From an uncultured Actinomycetes bacterium (GTDB lineage: Bacteria > Actinomycetota > Acidimicrobiia > IMCC26256 > DASPTH01), in NCBI GenBank assembly GCA_963819735.1, contig CAWFXC010000001.1, positions 1,865,415-1,929,414 on the forward strand: 64,000 nucleotides of DNA. The letters are read 5' to 3'. Of the stretch, positions 37,702 to 46,582 are shown one piece after another (position 1 is the stretch's first letter; every line of letters begins with the position of its first letter). Made by a program: the position numbers and the translations under genes. The notes beneath the pieces were generated by a model, which saw only the letters and a program-made list of their open reading frames with translations, had not been told where the DNA came from and did not search any database.

Positions 37702-39978
37702 ATGACTGCGTGGCGTCTGGGTAGGGTGACTGACGTGGCGCCCGTCGCGGAACTTCACGCCGACCGCTACGAGTTGGGGGACCGCATCGGTGCGGGCGGC
37801 ATGGGCGAGGTCTACCGCGGCCGCGATCTGCTCCTCGAGCGCGCGGTGGCGATCAAGATCCCGACCGCCGAGATCACGCCGAGCTCCGCCGAGCGGTTCA
37901 AGCGCGAGGCGAGGGCCGCGGCCCGGCTGAACCATCCGAACGTCGTCGGCGTCTACGACTGGGGCGGGGGCGCCACCCCGTTCATCGTGATGGAGTTCGT
38001 CGACGGACAGAGCCTGCGGGCGGTGCTCCACGAGCGGGATCGCCTGGATCCCGACGAGGTGGCGCTGATCGGCGCGCAGATCGCCGACGCGCTGGCGCAC
38101 GCTCACGCGCACGGTGTGATTCACCGCGACGTCAAGCCCAGCAACGTCCTGCTGACCCCGGCCGGCGAGGTCAAGGTCACCGACTTCGGTATCGCGCTGT
38201 CGGCCACCGGCGAAGCGCTCACCGAGCCCGGCGTCGTGCTCGGGACTGCGGGTTACCTGTCGCCGGAGCAGGTCGCCGGTCTCCCGGTCGACGCCCGCAG
38301 CGACGTGTACTCACTCGGCATCGTCCTCACCGAGCTGCTCACCGGCAGCCGGCCCACCGGGGGCGAGCCCGCGCCGACCACCGAGTTGGAGCGCATCGTC
38401 GCCCGGGCCCACGCCGCCGACCCGAACGCGCGGTTCCCGCGTGCCGCGGAGCTGCGCGACGCCCTGCGCGCGGTGGCGACCACCGGCGACACCCCGATCA
38501 CGGCCGCCGTCGTCGTGGTTCCCACCGCGTCGTCACGCGCGCCCGCCGCCGCGGCCGGGGCGGCGGTCGCGCCCGCCGCCACGACGACGGCCCGGGTCGG
38601 TGCGGCCACCTCGGTGATGCCGGCGGCGCCCGCCCCCGACGCGCCCGCACCCGTCGTCGTCTCGTCGGGTGGCACTCCCGCGCCCGCCGCACCACCGCGC
38701 GCGGTTCCCGTCGCCGGCGCGGCGCTCGCCGCCGCCGTCGTGGCCGCGGCTGCCGCGGCACCCTCCCCGGCATCCGCGGTCCCCGCGGTGAAGCGTCGGT
38801 GGTTCCGGTCGCGCCGATCCGCATCCACGAAGCCGGTCGCAACGCCGAAGCCGGTGAAGATGCCCACGTCGGTCAAGCGCTCGAAGCCGGTGAAGCTCGC
38901 GAAGCCGGTCAAACCGCTGAAGCCACCCAAGCCGAAGCGCGGCCGCCGGCCGCGCGGTGCCACCACCACGCCGGCGGCGACGCCGATCGCCGCGTCCGTG
39001 CTCGCCGCGCCGCCACCTTTCGCGGCTCCGTCGTCGCCCGCGCCCGCGGCCCCCGCTTCGCCGTCGCCCAAGCGCACGTGGCGGGCCCGGCACTTCGCGG
39101 TGATCCTCGCCGCGCCTCTCGTGCTCGTCGTTGGCGGCGTGGTCGTCTACGCCAAGCTCAGCGAGCACGCACCGAGCGTCGCGGTGCCCGATGTGGTCGA
39201 TCGCGATGTCTTCACCGCCGCCGCCACCATGAAGCAGGCGGGCTTCGAGATCGATGTCACCGCGGTCGACAGCGCGCAGCCGGGCGGCATCGTCGTCACC
39301 CAGAAGCCGGCGAACGGGCAGAAGCTGGAACAGGGATCGACGGTGCACTTCGGTGTGAGCAGCACCAGCGCGATGGTGCCCGACGTCGTCCATCTCGACG
39401 AGCCGGCCGCGATGGCGGCGCTCGCCGCGAAGGGCCTGAGCAACGTCACCGTCACCGACGACTACCGCGGCGACATCGATCCGGGCACCGTCGTGAGCGC
39501 GTCGCCCGCGCCGTTCTCGAAAGCGTTGAAGAACCAACCGCTCACGCTGGTGGTCGCGCGCGATCCCCACGTGACGCTGCCCAACCTCGTGGGGAGCGAT
39601 CAGGCCGCGGCGATCCAGTCGCTCCACGACATCGGGCTCGAGGTCGCGATCCAGACGTCGACCAGTCGCAGCGCGCCGGCCGGGCAGGTGCTCAAGGCGA
39701 GCCCTGCGGTCGACGCGGTCGTGCTGCGCGGCAGCACGGTCACGCTCACTGTGTCGACCGGTCCGAAGCTGGTCACCCTGCCGTCCAAGGTCACGTTCGA
39801 CCGTGACGACGCCATCTCCGATCTCGAGGACCGGGGCTTCAGCGTGATCGTCACCAGCGCGCCGTCGTCGAGTGATCAGAACGGCACCGTGATCGCCCAG
39901 AACCCGCCCGGCGGCAAGGTCGCCGAAGGGTCCACGGTCACCATCACCGTGGGGGTCGGGCAGTCGAAGGGCCGGTAG
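37702..39978 (+). CDS. Ser/Thr protein kinase with four extracellular PASTA domains (PknB-like)
   Basis: Has the kinase motifs GAGGMGEVY, AIK, HRDVKPSNVLL, DFG and SPEQ. Followed by an Ala/Pro-rich linker, a Lys/Pro repeat region, a TM helix (FAVILAAPLVLVVGGVVVYA) and four PASTA-like repeats. The start (ATG 37702) is uncertain. Confidence 0.85.
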   Translation: MTAWRLGRVTDVAPVAELHADRYELGDRIGAGGMGEVYRGRDLLLERAVAIKIPTAEITPSSAERFKREARAAARLNHPNVVGVYDWGGGATPFIVMEFVDGQSLRAVLHERDRLDPDEVALIGAQIADALAHAHAHGVIHRDVKPSNVLLTPAGEVKVTDFGIALSATGEALTEPGVVLGTAGYLSPEQVAGLPVDARSDVYSLGIVLTELLTGSRPTGGEPAPTTELERIVARAHAADPNARFPRAAELRDALRAVATTGDTPITAAVVVVPTASSRAPAAAAGAAVAPAATTTARVGAATSVMPAAPAPDAPAPVVVSSGGTPAPAAPPRAVPVAGAALAAAVVAAAAAAPSPASAVPAVKRRWFRSRRSASTKPVATPKPVKMPTSVKRSKPVKLAKPVKPLKPPKPKRGRRPRGATTTPAATPIAASVLAAPPPFAAPSSPAPAAPASPSPKRTWRARHFAVILAAPLVLVVGGVVVYAKLSEHAPSVAVPDVVDRDVFTAAATMKQAGFEIDVTAVDSAQPGGIVVTQKPANGQKLEQGSTVHFGVSSTSAMVPDVVHLDEPAAMAALAAKGLSNVTVTDDYRGDIDPGTVVSASPAPFSKALKNQPLTLVVARDPHVTLPNLVGSDQAAAIQSLHDIGLEVAIQTSTSRSAPAGQVLKASPAVDAVVLRGSTVTLTVSTGPKLVTLPSKVTFDRDDAISDLEDRGFSVIVTSAPSSSDQNGTVIAQNPPGGKVAEGSTVTITVGVGQSKGR

Positions 39979-40001
39979 CGGGCGCAGCCGGCAGGGAAAC
40001 T

Positions 40002-40029
40002 TTGCCACGCTAATTAGCGTTGGTAAACT
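40002..40029 (+). promoter_or_regulatory. Putative promoter (TTGCCA-16 nt-TAAACT) with an embedded perfect 14-bp palindrome, ACGCTAATTAGCGT (40007..40020), as candidate MarR operator
   Basis: Read directly. The -10 ends 7 nt before the marR ATG (40037), which implies a leaderless or near-leaderless transcript. The palindrome fills the spacer. Confidence 0.5.
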
Positions 40030-40036
40030 CCCGCCG

Positions 40037-40522
40037 ATGAGCACCCCGGTCGCTGCCCCCTCGCCCGCGTCCACGCCTGCCGATCTGGTCCCGAGCCCGC
40101 CCCAGCTGGCATCCCGGCTCCGGCTCGCGGTGGCGCGGCTGTCGCGACGGATCAGCCGCGAGGCCACCAGCGCGGGTGACGACCTCACTGCATCGCGCCT
40201 GGCCGCGCTGGTCACCATCGAGCACTTCGGCCCGATCACCCTCGGCGAGTTGGCGGCGGTCGAGCAGGTGCAGCCGCCGAGCATGACCCGCATCGTGGCC
40301 CGGCTCGAGGAGCTCGGCCTCGCCGCCCGCGAGACCGACCCGGCCGACCGTCGGGTGATGCGGCTGCGCACCACCGAGCGGGGGCGCACGTTGCTCGAAC
40401 GCAGCCGCACCCGCCGGGACGCGTTCCTCGCGCAACGGGTGGCCCGCTTCACCGACGACGAGCGCGCGTTGCTCGCCCGCGCGCTGCCGTTGCTCGAACG
40501 GCTCCAGGACGACGCCGGATGA
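40037..40522 (+). CDS. MarR family transcriptional regulator
   Basis: 161 aa. Has a winged-helix region (ITLGELAAVEQVQPPSMTRIVARLEELGLAARETDPADRRVMRLRTTERG). Confidence 0.85.
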   Translation: MSTPVAAPSPASTPADLVPSPPQLASRLRLAVARLSRRISREATSAGDDLTASRLAALVTIEHFGPITLGELAAVEQVQPPSMTRIVARLEELGLAARETDPADRRVMRLRTTERGRTLLERSRTRRDAFLAQRVARFTDDERALLARALPLLERLQDDAG

Positions 40523-41811
40523 GCTCAGCCCGCGCGACGTTCAAGTCGCTGCACGTTCGCAACTTCCGGCTCTTCTTCTACGGACAGATGGTGTCGCAGT
40601 GCGGCACCTGGATGCAGACGATCGCCCTCGGGTGGTTGGTGCTGAAGCTCTCGAACAACAGTGGCTTTGCGGTCGGACTCGTCATCGCGTTGCAGTTCAT
40701 CCCCACCCTGCTGTTCGGGGTGTGGGGCGGGATCATCGCCGACCGGTTCGACAAGCGCACCGTTCTCCTGTGCACGCAGGTGGCGATGGCGGCGATCGCG
40801 GTGCTGCTCGCGGTGCTGGATCTCACGAACACCGTGCAGCTCGGCATGATCTACGTGATCATCTTCGTGTTCGGCCTCGCGCTCGCGGTCGACAACCCCA
40901 CCCGTCAGTCGTTCGTACCCGAGTTGGTGCCGAAGGACGAACTGCCGAACGCCATCGGCCTCAGCAGTGCCATCTTCCAGATCGCCCGCATCCTCGGGCC
41001 GGCGCTCGGTGGCGTGTTGATCGTCGCGGTGGGCACCGGTGTCTGCTTCGTGCTCAACGCGGTGTCGTTCGTGTTCATCATCATCGCGTTGCTGATGATG
41101 CGCACGAGCGAGCTGCACCGGGGGGCACCGGTCGTGCGTGATCGCGGTCAGATCCGCGACGGCCTGCGCTACGTCTGGCGCACGCCGGAGCTGCGCTCGA
41201 CCCTGTTGCTCACCCTGATCGTCGGTACGTTCGCGATCAACTCGCCCGTGGTGCTGCCCCTACTGGCCAAGATCACGTTCGACGGCAACGCCGAGGTCTA
41301 CAGCTGGATGACGATCGCCATGGGGGCCGGTGCGCTCGCGGGCGCGTTGTTCGTTGCGAACCGCGCGCAGGCACGGGGCGACGTCCTCCTCATGACCGGC
41401 TTCGGGTTCGGAATCGCCATCTGCGTCGCCGCGCTCTCGCCATCGCTACCGATCTTCCTCGGGATGCTCGTGTTCGTCGGCGCGGGGCAGATGTCGTTCT
41501 TGGCCACGTGCAACTCGCTCATCCAGCTCCGCTCGGATCCGGGGATGCGCGGACGCGTGATGTCGGTGTACATGATCACCCTGCTCGGCAGCACGCCGAT
41601 CGGCGGACCGCTCGTGGGATGGATCAGCCAGCAGTACGGTCCGCGTTGGGGCATGGGGATCGGCGGGATCGCCACCATCCTCGCGGTGGCCTACTTCGGT
41701 ACCGCATTCGTGAGGGCCCGGCGCGCCGGGGCCGACGACGCCGACGCGTACCCGCCCGATCTCGTGCTCGGTCCCGAAGGCGAGACCATCCCGGCCACCG
41801 CGAACGGCTGA
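40519..41811 (+). CDS. MFS transporter (MFS_3/EntS-like, 12 TMS)
   Basis: 430 aa. The start overlaps the marR stop (ATGA). Has FRLFFYGQMVSQCGTWMQ and GGIIADRFDKR, typical of this subfamily. Confidence 0.85.
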   Translation: MSSARATFKSLHVRNFRLFFYGQMVSQCGTWMQTIALGWLVLKLSNNSGFAVGLVIALQFIPTLLFGVWGGIIADRFDKRTVLLCTQVAMAAIAVLLAVLDLTNTVQLGMIYVIIFVFGLALAVDNPTRQSFVPELVPKDELPNAIGLSSAIFQIARILGPALGGVLIVAVGTGVCFVLNAVSFVFIIIALLMMRTSELHRGAPVVRDRGQIRDGLRYVWRTPELRSTLLLTLIVGTFAINSPVVLPLLAKITFDGNAEVYSWMTIAMGAGALAGALFVANRAQARGDVLLMTGFGFGIAICVAALSPSLPIFLGMLVFVGAGQMSFLATCNSLIQLRSDPGMRGRVMSVYMITLLGSTPIGGPLVGWISQQYGPRWGMGIGGIATILAVAYFGTAFVRARRAGADDADAYPPDLVLGPEGETIPATANG

Positions 41812-41833
41812 TCCGCACCGCCTCCGTGGGCGG

Positions 41834-42391
41834 CTACGTGAGGTGCGTGGTGGGCAACGATTCGAGCCCGCCCGCCCGCAGCTCGGCCACCGCCGGCACC
41901 GGGTCGGGGTCGCCGAAGAGCGACGCGTCGGTGTAGTCGGTCGGGCGGCCGGTGCCGTCGGAGACCCACCAGGAGGCTTCGAGCGCGATGCCGTTCGGGT
42001 CGGTGAAGTAGACGGACCGGATGAAGCCGTGATCGACGACCGTCGTGACCTCCGACCCGGCTTCGAGCAGGCGCTTGCGCAGCTGCTCGAGCGCCTGCTC
42101 GTCGGGCACGTCGAACGAGATGTGGTCGAGCTGGATGGCGCGGTCGCTCGGCCCGCCCGCCGGCTTCGCGAACGTCTCCGCGCCGCGCACCTCGAAGAAC
42201 GCGACGGTGTTCCCGCGGCCCATCTCGAAGAAGTAGTGACGCATGGGGCCGGCCATGGTGGTGGCGACGAGCCGCATGCCGAGCACGCCGACGTAGAAGC
42301 GCACCGTCGCGTCCATGTCGGGGGTGACGAGGGCGAGGTGGTTGATGCCCTGCCAACGCGGGTGGTCGGGCAGCTGATCGGTGGCGGACAT
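41834..42391 (-). CDS. VOC (glyoxalase/bleomycin-resistance/dioxygenase) family protein
   Basis: Start at the internal ATG (MSATDQLPD). INHLALVTPDMDATVRFYVGVLGM and HISFDV are typical VOC modules. Confidence 0.75.
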   Translation of the reverse strand: MSATDQLPDHPRWQGINHLALVTPDMDATVRFYVGVLGMRLVATTMAGPMRHYFFEMGRGNTVAFFEVRGAETFAKPAGGPSDRAIQLDHISFDVPDEQALEQLRKRLLEAGSEVTTVVDHGFIRSVYFTDPNGIALEASWWVSDGTGRPTDYTDASLFGDPDPVPAVAELRAGGLESLPTTHLT

Positions 42392-42482
42392 GTCGGCTCC
42401 TCCCGGATGGTCTGCAGGTTCCATCGTATTGCCCCGAGGACCGCTACCTTCTGGGGTCGGTCGGCCCGCGCTCGTCCCCGCC

Positions 42483-42689
42483 GGGTTGCTCCAGGCGACG
42501 TCGCTCTCGTTCATCGTCGTCGCCACGGAGATCGGTGTGACCGCGCACGAGCTCAAGCCGGTCAACGCCGCGTCACTCGTCGCCGCGGGGATGCAGTCGG
42601 TCCTGCTGTTCCCGGCCGGGGCGCTGGCGCGGTTGCGCCGGATCCGGCCCGCGGGCGAGTCGTCGGCGCCCGCCGTCGAGCTGCCCTGA
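42483..42689 (+). pseudogene. Possible 3' remnant of a cation:proton antiporter gene
   Basis: The translation GLLQATSLSFIVVATEIGVTAHELKPVNAASLVAAGMQSVLLFPAGALARL resembles the last TM segments of Kef/NhaP-type antiporters. No upstream coding body or start exists. Confidence 0.3.
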
Positions 42690-42726
42690 CGGTCAGGAGT
42701 CGATCAGCAGTCGATCAGCAGCCGGA

Positions 42727-43323
42727 TCATCCAGGGGTGCAACCGGCGGCGTCGAGCACCGGTCGGGGATCGACCCGCGTGCCGTTCGGCCCACCGAGGC
42801 GCACCTGGAAGTGCAGGTGGTCGAAGCCGTTCGCGTTGCCGGTGTGGTTCACCGACCCGATCACCTGTCCCGCCACCACCGGCACCTGCGTGTTCTCGAG
42901 CGCGGGCGCGTACGCGGTGAGGTGCGTGTAGTAGTAGGTGTTGCCGTCGTCGGCCTTCAGGTAGACCGAGTAGCCCCCGACGTCGCTCGTGCCGTCCGGA
43001 TAGAACGTGTAGTACCAGAGCGTGCCGTTGCGCACGGCGTACACCGGCGTGAGGATGGTGGCCGCCATGTCGACACCCTGGTGGAACGACCCGTCGGGCT
43101 GGGGGCCGAAGCCCTCCCCGTAGGCGAACGTCCCGTTGGCCAGTGGGCACGTGGTGATCGAGGCGGCCGCCGGGCCGGACGAGGTGACGGGTGCGGCGGC
43201 CGGCGTGGGCGCGGGCGGCATGCAGGCGGTCGCCACCAGGGCGACGAACGCGAGCGCGACCGCGAGGTACACCGGGCGCCGGTGGGCGGAGAGGCGAGGC
43301 ACGCTGGGTGTTTCGGCAGGCAC
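42727..43323 (-). CDS. Secreted M23-family metallopeptidase
   Basis: 198 aa with a signal/TM segment (VYLAVALAFVALVATA). Has HQGVDMAA, YTHL and FDHLHFQV (M23 HxxxD / HxH motifs). Confidence 0.85.
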   Translation of the reverse strand: MPAETPSVPRLSAHRRPVYLAVALAFVALVATACMPPAPTPAAAPVTSSGPAAASITTCPLANGTFAYGEGFGPQPDGSFHQGVDMAATILTPVYAVRNGTLWYYTFYPDGTSDVGGYSVYLKADDGNTYYYTHLTAYAPALENTQVPVVAGQVIGSVNHTGNANGFDHLHFQVRLGGPNGTRVDPRPVLDAAGCTPG

Positions 43324-43352
43324 GAGCCGGAATTTGAGCCCCGCCGTTTCAA

Positions 43353-44063
43353 CTAGACGTCAATCGCCCCGCCACGCGCCCATTCATCGGCCAGCGCCCG
43401 GAGATCGAGGTGATCGAGCGCGTCGGCCTGGCGCCGCACCCGCGTGCGCACCGCGGACTCGGCGTCGCCGCCGAGCGACCGCAGCACCCACTGCCGGCTG
43501 ACCGCCCCGGCGGCCTTCGAGCCACTGGTGTCGAGGACCGGGCGCCGAGCCGGGTCGACGTAGAGCGCCAGCGTCAGCGCCCGTACGAAGTCGCGTTCGG
43601 GCTTCACGCCGACGGCCCGGAGGCGGGTCATCACGTACGACGACAGGAGTTGCAACTCCCGCACCCCGCGGCGCGACGTGCTTGTGAGCCGCATGGCGAT
43701 GGGCAGGGACGCGATGCCCACCTTGAGCATCTTCGACGACGGCAGCGGGGCCTTGGTCGCCACCTTCGACGACGTGCTGGCGGCCCGCAACGCGCGGCGG
43801 GCGAGCGGGGTCGCCGCGGCCACGAACGCACCGAGGGAGGTGGCGGCGGGCCCGGGCCCGTTGCCGACCGGACCTTCCATCGCGAGCTGCTCGAACTCGG
43901 CCGCGTTTCGCACGATGAACGGCTCGTCGAAGACCCGGTCGAGGGTGCCGTCGACGAGGGCGCGCGCCCGCAGGCTCACCCGCGCCGGGAGGTCGCGGAT
44001 CCGGGTGGCCGGGCGGTCGTCGATCGGGTCAAACGGCACCGCGGACCTCTTCCGGTCGGGCAC
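43353..44063 (-). CDS. Hypothetical protein
   Basis: 236-aa ORF whose start overlaps the 3' end of the TetR gene by 35 nt. No motif recognised. Confidence 0.45.
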   Translation of the reverse strand: MPDRKRSAVPFDPIDDRPATRIRDLPARVSLRARALVDGTLDRVFDEPFIVRNAAEFEQLAMEGPVGNGPGPAATSLGAFVAAATPLARRALRAASTSSKVATKAPLPSSKMLKVGIASLPIAMRLTSTSRRGVRELQLLSSYVMTRLRAVGVKPERDFVRALTLALYVDPARRPVLDTSGSKAAGAVSRQWVLRSLGGDAESAVRTRVRRQADALDHLDLRALADEWARGGAIDV

Positions 44064-44667
44064 CCACGGAGCGGTCGAGGCCGGCGAACAGGATGTCGAG
44101 CGCTCGACGGAAGCGGGCCGGAGCGTCGGTACCGGCCGGATCGAGGCCCACCAGCTCGAGCATCACCAGCCCGTGGATCGATCCCCAGAGCACCTCGGCG
44201 ATGTCGACGGCCCGGCCGCCGAACGCGCCGGCGTCGACGCAGCGTTGCACCCGGCCGACCAGCCGTTCGAAGGCCCGGTGCGCGATGACGTGGCTCTCGT
44301 CGGTCGGCACGAATCCGGGCACCGCACCGCCGAACATCACCATGTAGTGGGTCGCGTGGCCGAGCGACGCGTCGCGGTACGCCAGCGCGCACGCCCGCAG
44401 ATCGGCGACGGGGTCGTCGGTCGTGGGCAGGTCACCGAGGGTCTGGTCGAGATGCTCGAACCCCTCGGCGAAGAGCTCGTCGACCACGCCGTCCTTGCCG
44501 CCGAACCGGCTGTAGAGGCCCATGGTGGAGCACCCGGCGGCGGCGGCGATGCGCCGCACGCTGAGCGCGCCGGGACCCTCCACCGAGAGCAGCTCGCTCG
44601 CCGCCTCGAGGATCCGTCGCCCCTGTTCGTCCTGTGCGCGTCCCATCCGGCTCTCAGTCTCGCTCAT
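44029..44667 (-). CDS. TetR/AcrR family transcriptional regulator
   Basis: Start at the internal ATG (MSETESRMG). Has the N-terminal HTH ILEAASELLSVEGPGALSVRRIAAAAGCSTMGLYSRFGGKDG. Confidence 0.85.
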   Translation of the reverse strand: MSETESRMGRAQDEQGRRILEAASELLSVEGPGALSVRRIAAAAGCSTMGLYSRFGGKDGVVDELFAEGFEHLDQTLGDLPTTDDPVADLRACALAYRDASLGHATHYMVMFGGAVPGFVPTDESHVIAHRAFERLVGRVQRCVDAGAFGGRAVDIAEVLWGSIHGLVMLELVGLDPAGTDAPARFRRALDILFAGLDRSVGARPEEVRGAV

Positions 44668-44702
44668 GGATCCGCGGCGCGGGCGCCGCTCCCGAAGTTT
44701 GC

Positions 44703-44731
44703 TTGACACTGCTATAACGTCGTTATAGCAT
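44703..44731 (+). promoter_or_regulatory. SigA-type promoter for the MFS gene (TTGACA-17 nt-TAGCAT)
   Basis: TTGACA lies at 44703-44708 and TAGCAT at 44726-44731, read directly. It overlaps operator O1. Confidence 0.6.
44711..44729. promoter_or_regulatory. Candidate TetR operator O1: perfect 19-bp palindrome GCTATAACG-T-CGTTATAGC
   Basis: 9-bp arms, read directly. It lies in the tetR/MFS divergent intergenic region, between -35 and -10. Confidence 0.6.
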
Positions 44732-44738
44732 AACATCG

Positions 44739-44755
44739 ATATAGCGTCGTTATAG
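44739..44755. promoter_or_regulatory. Candidate TetR operator O2: imperfect copy ATATAGCG-T-CGTTATAG
   Basis: The right arm is identical to O1; the left arm matches 6 of 8. It lies 10 bp downstream of O1. Confidence 0.5.
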
Positions 44756-44807
44756 TCCCGCGAGCTCGCTACCGGGACTCACCGAGCGAGAGAGGTACCC
44801 GGCCCCC

Positions 44808-46502
44808 ATGAACGCTTCCCCGGCCGTCACACCACACGAAGATCGGGCCCACCAGCAGGTCCAGGACCGGATCCCCGATCGGGTCCACGATCGGCGGTGG
44901 CTCACCCTCGCCGTCCTGTGCGTGAGCCTGCTCGTCATCGTGATCGACAACACGATCGTCAACGTCGCACTGCCCACCCTGGTCCGCAAGCTCGGCACCA
45001 GCATCAGTGACCTGCAGTGGGTCGTCGACGCGTACACCCTGGTCTTCGCCGGTTTCCTCCTCACCGCGGGCAGCCTCGGCGACCGGTTCGGGCGCAAGGG
45101 TGCGCTCAGCACCGGGCTCGTGATCTTCGGCACCGCCTCGGCGGCCGCCGCGTTCGCCGGCGGGGTCGGACCGCTGATCGCCGCACGCGCGGTCATGGGC
45201 GTGGGCGCCGCGCTGATCATGCCGGCGACGCTGTCGATCCTGACCAACGTGTTCACCGACGCGCGCGAGCGGGCGCTCGCCATCGGGCTCTGGTCCGGGG
45301 TTGTCGGGATCGCGGTCGCCCTCGGGCCGGTGACCGGCGGGTTCCTGCTCGACCACTTCTGGTGGGGCTCGGTGTTCATCGTGAACGTCCCGATCGTGAT
45401 CGTCGCCCTCGTCGCCGGTCGGTTCCTCGTTCCCACCTCGCGCAATCCCGAGCGCCCCCGCATCGACGTGCTCGGCGCCCTGCTCTCGATCGTCGGCCTC
45501 GGCGCGCTCGTCGCGTCGATCATCGAAGCCCCGAGCCACGGATGGACCGACCCGCTGATCCTCGTCGGCTTCGCGGTTGCCGTGCTCGCGCTGGTCGGAT
45601 TCGTCGCCTGGGAGCGGCACACGCCCGAACCGATGCTCGACGTGCGCTTCTTCGCCAACCCCCGCTTCTCGGCCGCCAGCGTCACCGTCACCCTGGTGTT
45701 CTTCGCGCTGTTCGGCTTCATCTTCCTCTCGACGCAGTACCTCCAGTTCGTGCTCGGTTACGACGCGTTCAACGCCGGTCTCCGCACGTTGCCGTTTGCG
45801 GTCGCGTTGATGGCCCTGGCCCCGATGTCGTCGAACGCGGTCCAGTGGTTCGGCACCAAGCGGGTCGTCGTGGCCGGCATGTTGGTGTTCGCGTCGGGCC
45901 TCGTCGTGTCGTCGACGATCGCTGTGAGCACGGGCTATCCCCGCGTGATGGTGGCGATGATCCTGATGGGCGCGGGCATGGGGCTCGCGGTCGCACCGAC
46001 CACCGAGTCCATCATGGGTTCGTTGCCGCTCGATCAGGCCGGCGTGGGTTCGGCCGTGAACGACACCAGCCGCGAGGTGGGTGGCGCGCTCGGCGTCGCC
46101 ATCGTCGGCAGCATGCTCTCGTCGCTGTACCACACGCACCTGAACGATCGGATGCCGGCGACGGTCCCTGCTCAGGTGCGCGAAGCCGCCGACCAGTCAG
46201 TCGGTGCCGCGCTGCAGGTGAGCCACCAACTCGGACGGGTCGGTCTGCCGCTCGCCGACGCGGCCCGCGAGGCGTTCGTCTACGCCATGACCCGGGCGTC
46301 GCTCGTGACCGCGCTGGTGGCGGGGATCGGCGCGCTGTTGGCCTGGCGGTTCCTCCCCGCCCGCGCCGAGGAGCACCACGGCACCGATGCCGACGCGGTG
46401 ATCGACCTGCCGGTCGACCGCCCGCGCGGGTACGTGAACCGCGCGGACGAGACCGGCGCGGACTTGGCTGCCGTCGACCTCGAGCCGGTGCAGACCGGCT
46501 GA
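44808..46502 (+). CDS. MFS transporter, DHA2 (EmrB/QacA, 14-TMS) family
   Basis: 564 aa. Has DNTIVNVALPTLVRKL, GSLGDRFGRKG and about 14 TM segments. It is divergent from the TetR gene. Confidence 0.85.
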   Translation: MNASPAVTPHEDRAHQQVQDRIPDRVHDRRWLTLAVLCVSLLVIVIDNTIVNVALPTLVRKLGTSISDLQWVVDAYTLVFAGFLLTAGSLGDRFGRKGALSTGLVIFGTASAAAAFAGGVGPLIAARAVMGVGAALIMPATLSILTNVFTDARERALAIGLWSGVVGIAVALGPVTGGFLLDHFWWGSVFIVNVPIVIVALVAGRFLVPTSRNPERPRIDVLGALLSIVGLGALVASIIEAPSHGWTDPLILVGFAVAVLALVGFVAWERHTPEPMLDVRFFANPRFSAASVTVTLVFFALFGFIFLSTQYLQFVLGYDAFNAGLRTLPFAVALMALAPMSSNAVQWFGTKRVVVAGMLVFASGLVVSSTIAVSTGYPRVMVAMILMGAGMGLAVAPTTESIMGSLPLDQAGVGSAVNDTSREVGGALGVAIVGSMLSSLYHTHLNDRMPATVPAQVREAADQSVGAALQVSHQLGRVGLPLADAAREAFVYAMTRASLVTALVAGIGALLAWRFLPARAEEHHGTDADAVIDLPVDRPRGYVNRADETGADLAAVDLEPVQTG

Positions 46503-46582
46503 GAGGTCGCGCGTCGGTGGTGGTGAAGATCACCGACCGGTACTGCGTGCCGAAGGCGCGAGGAGCGCGCGGGGAAACTGGT

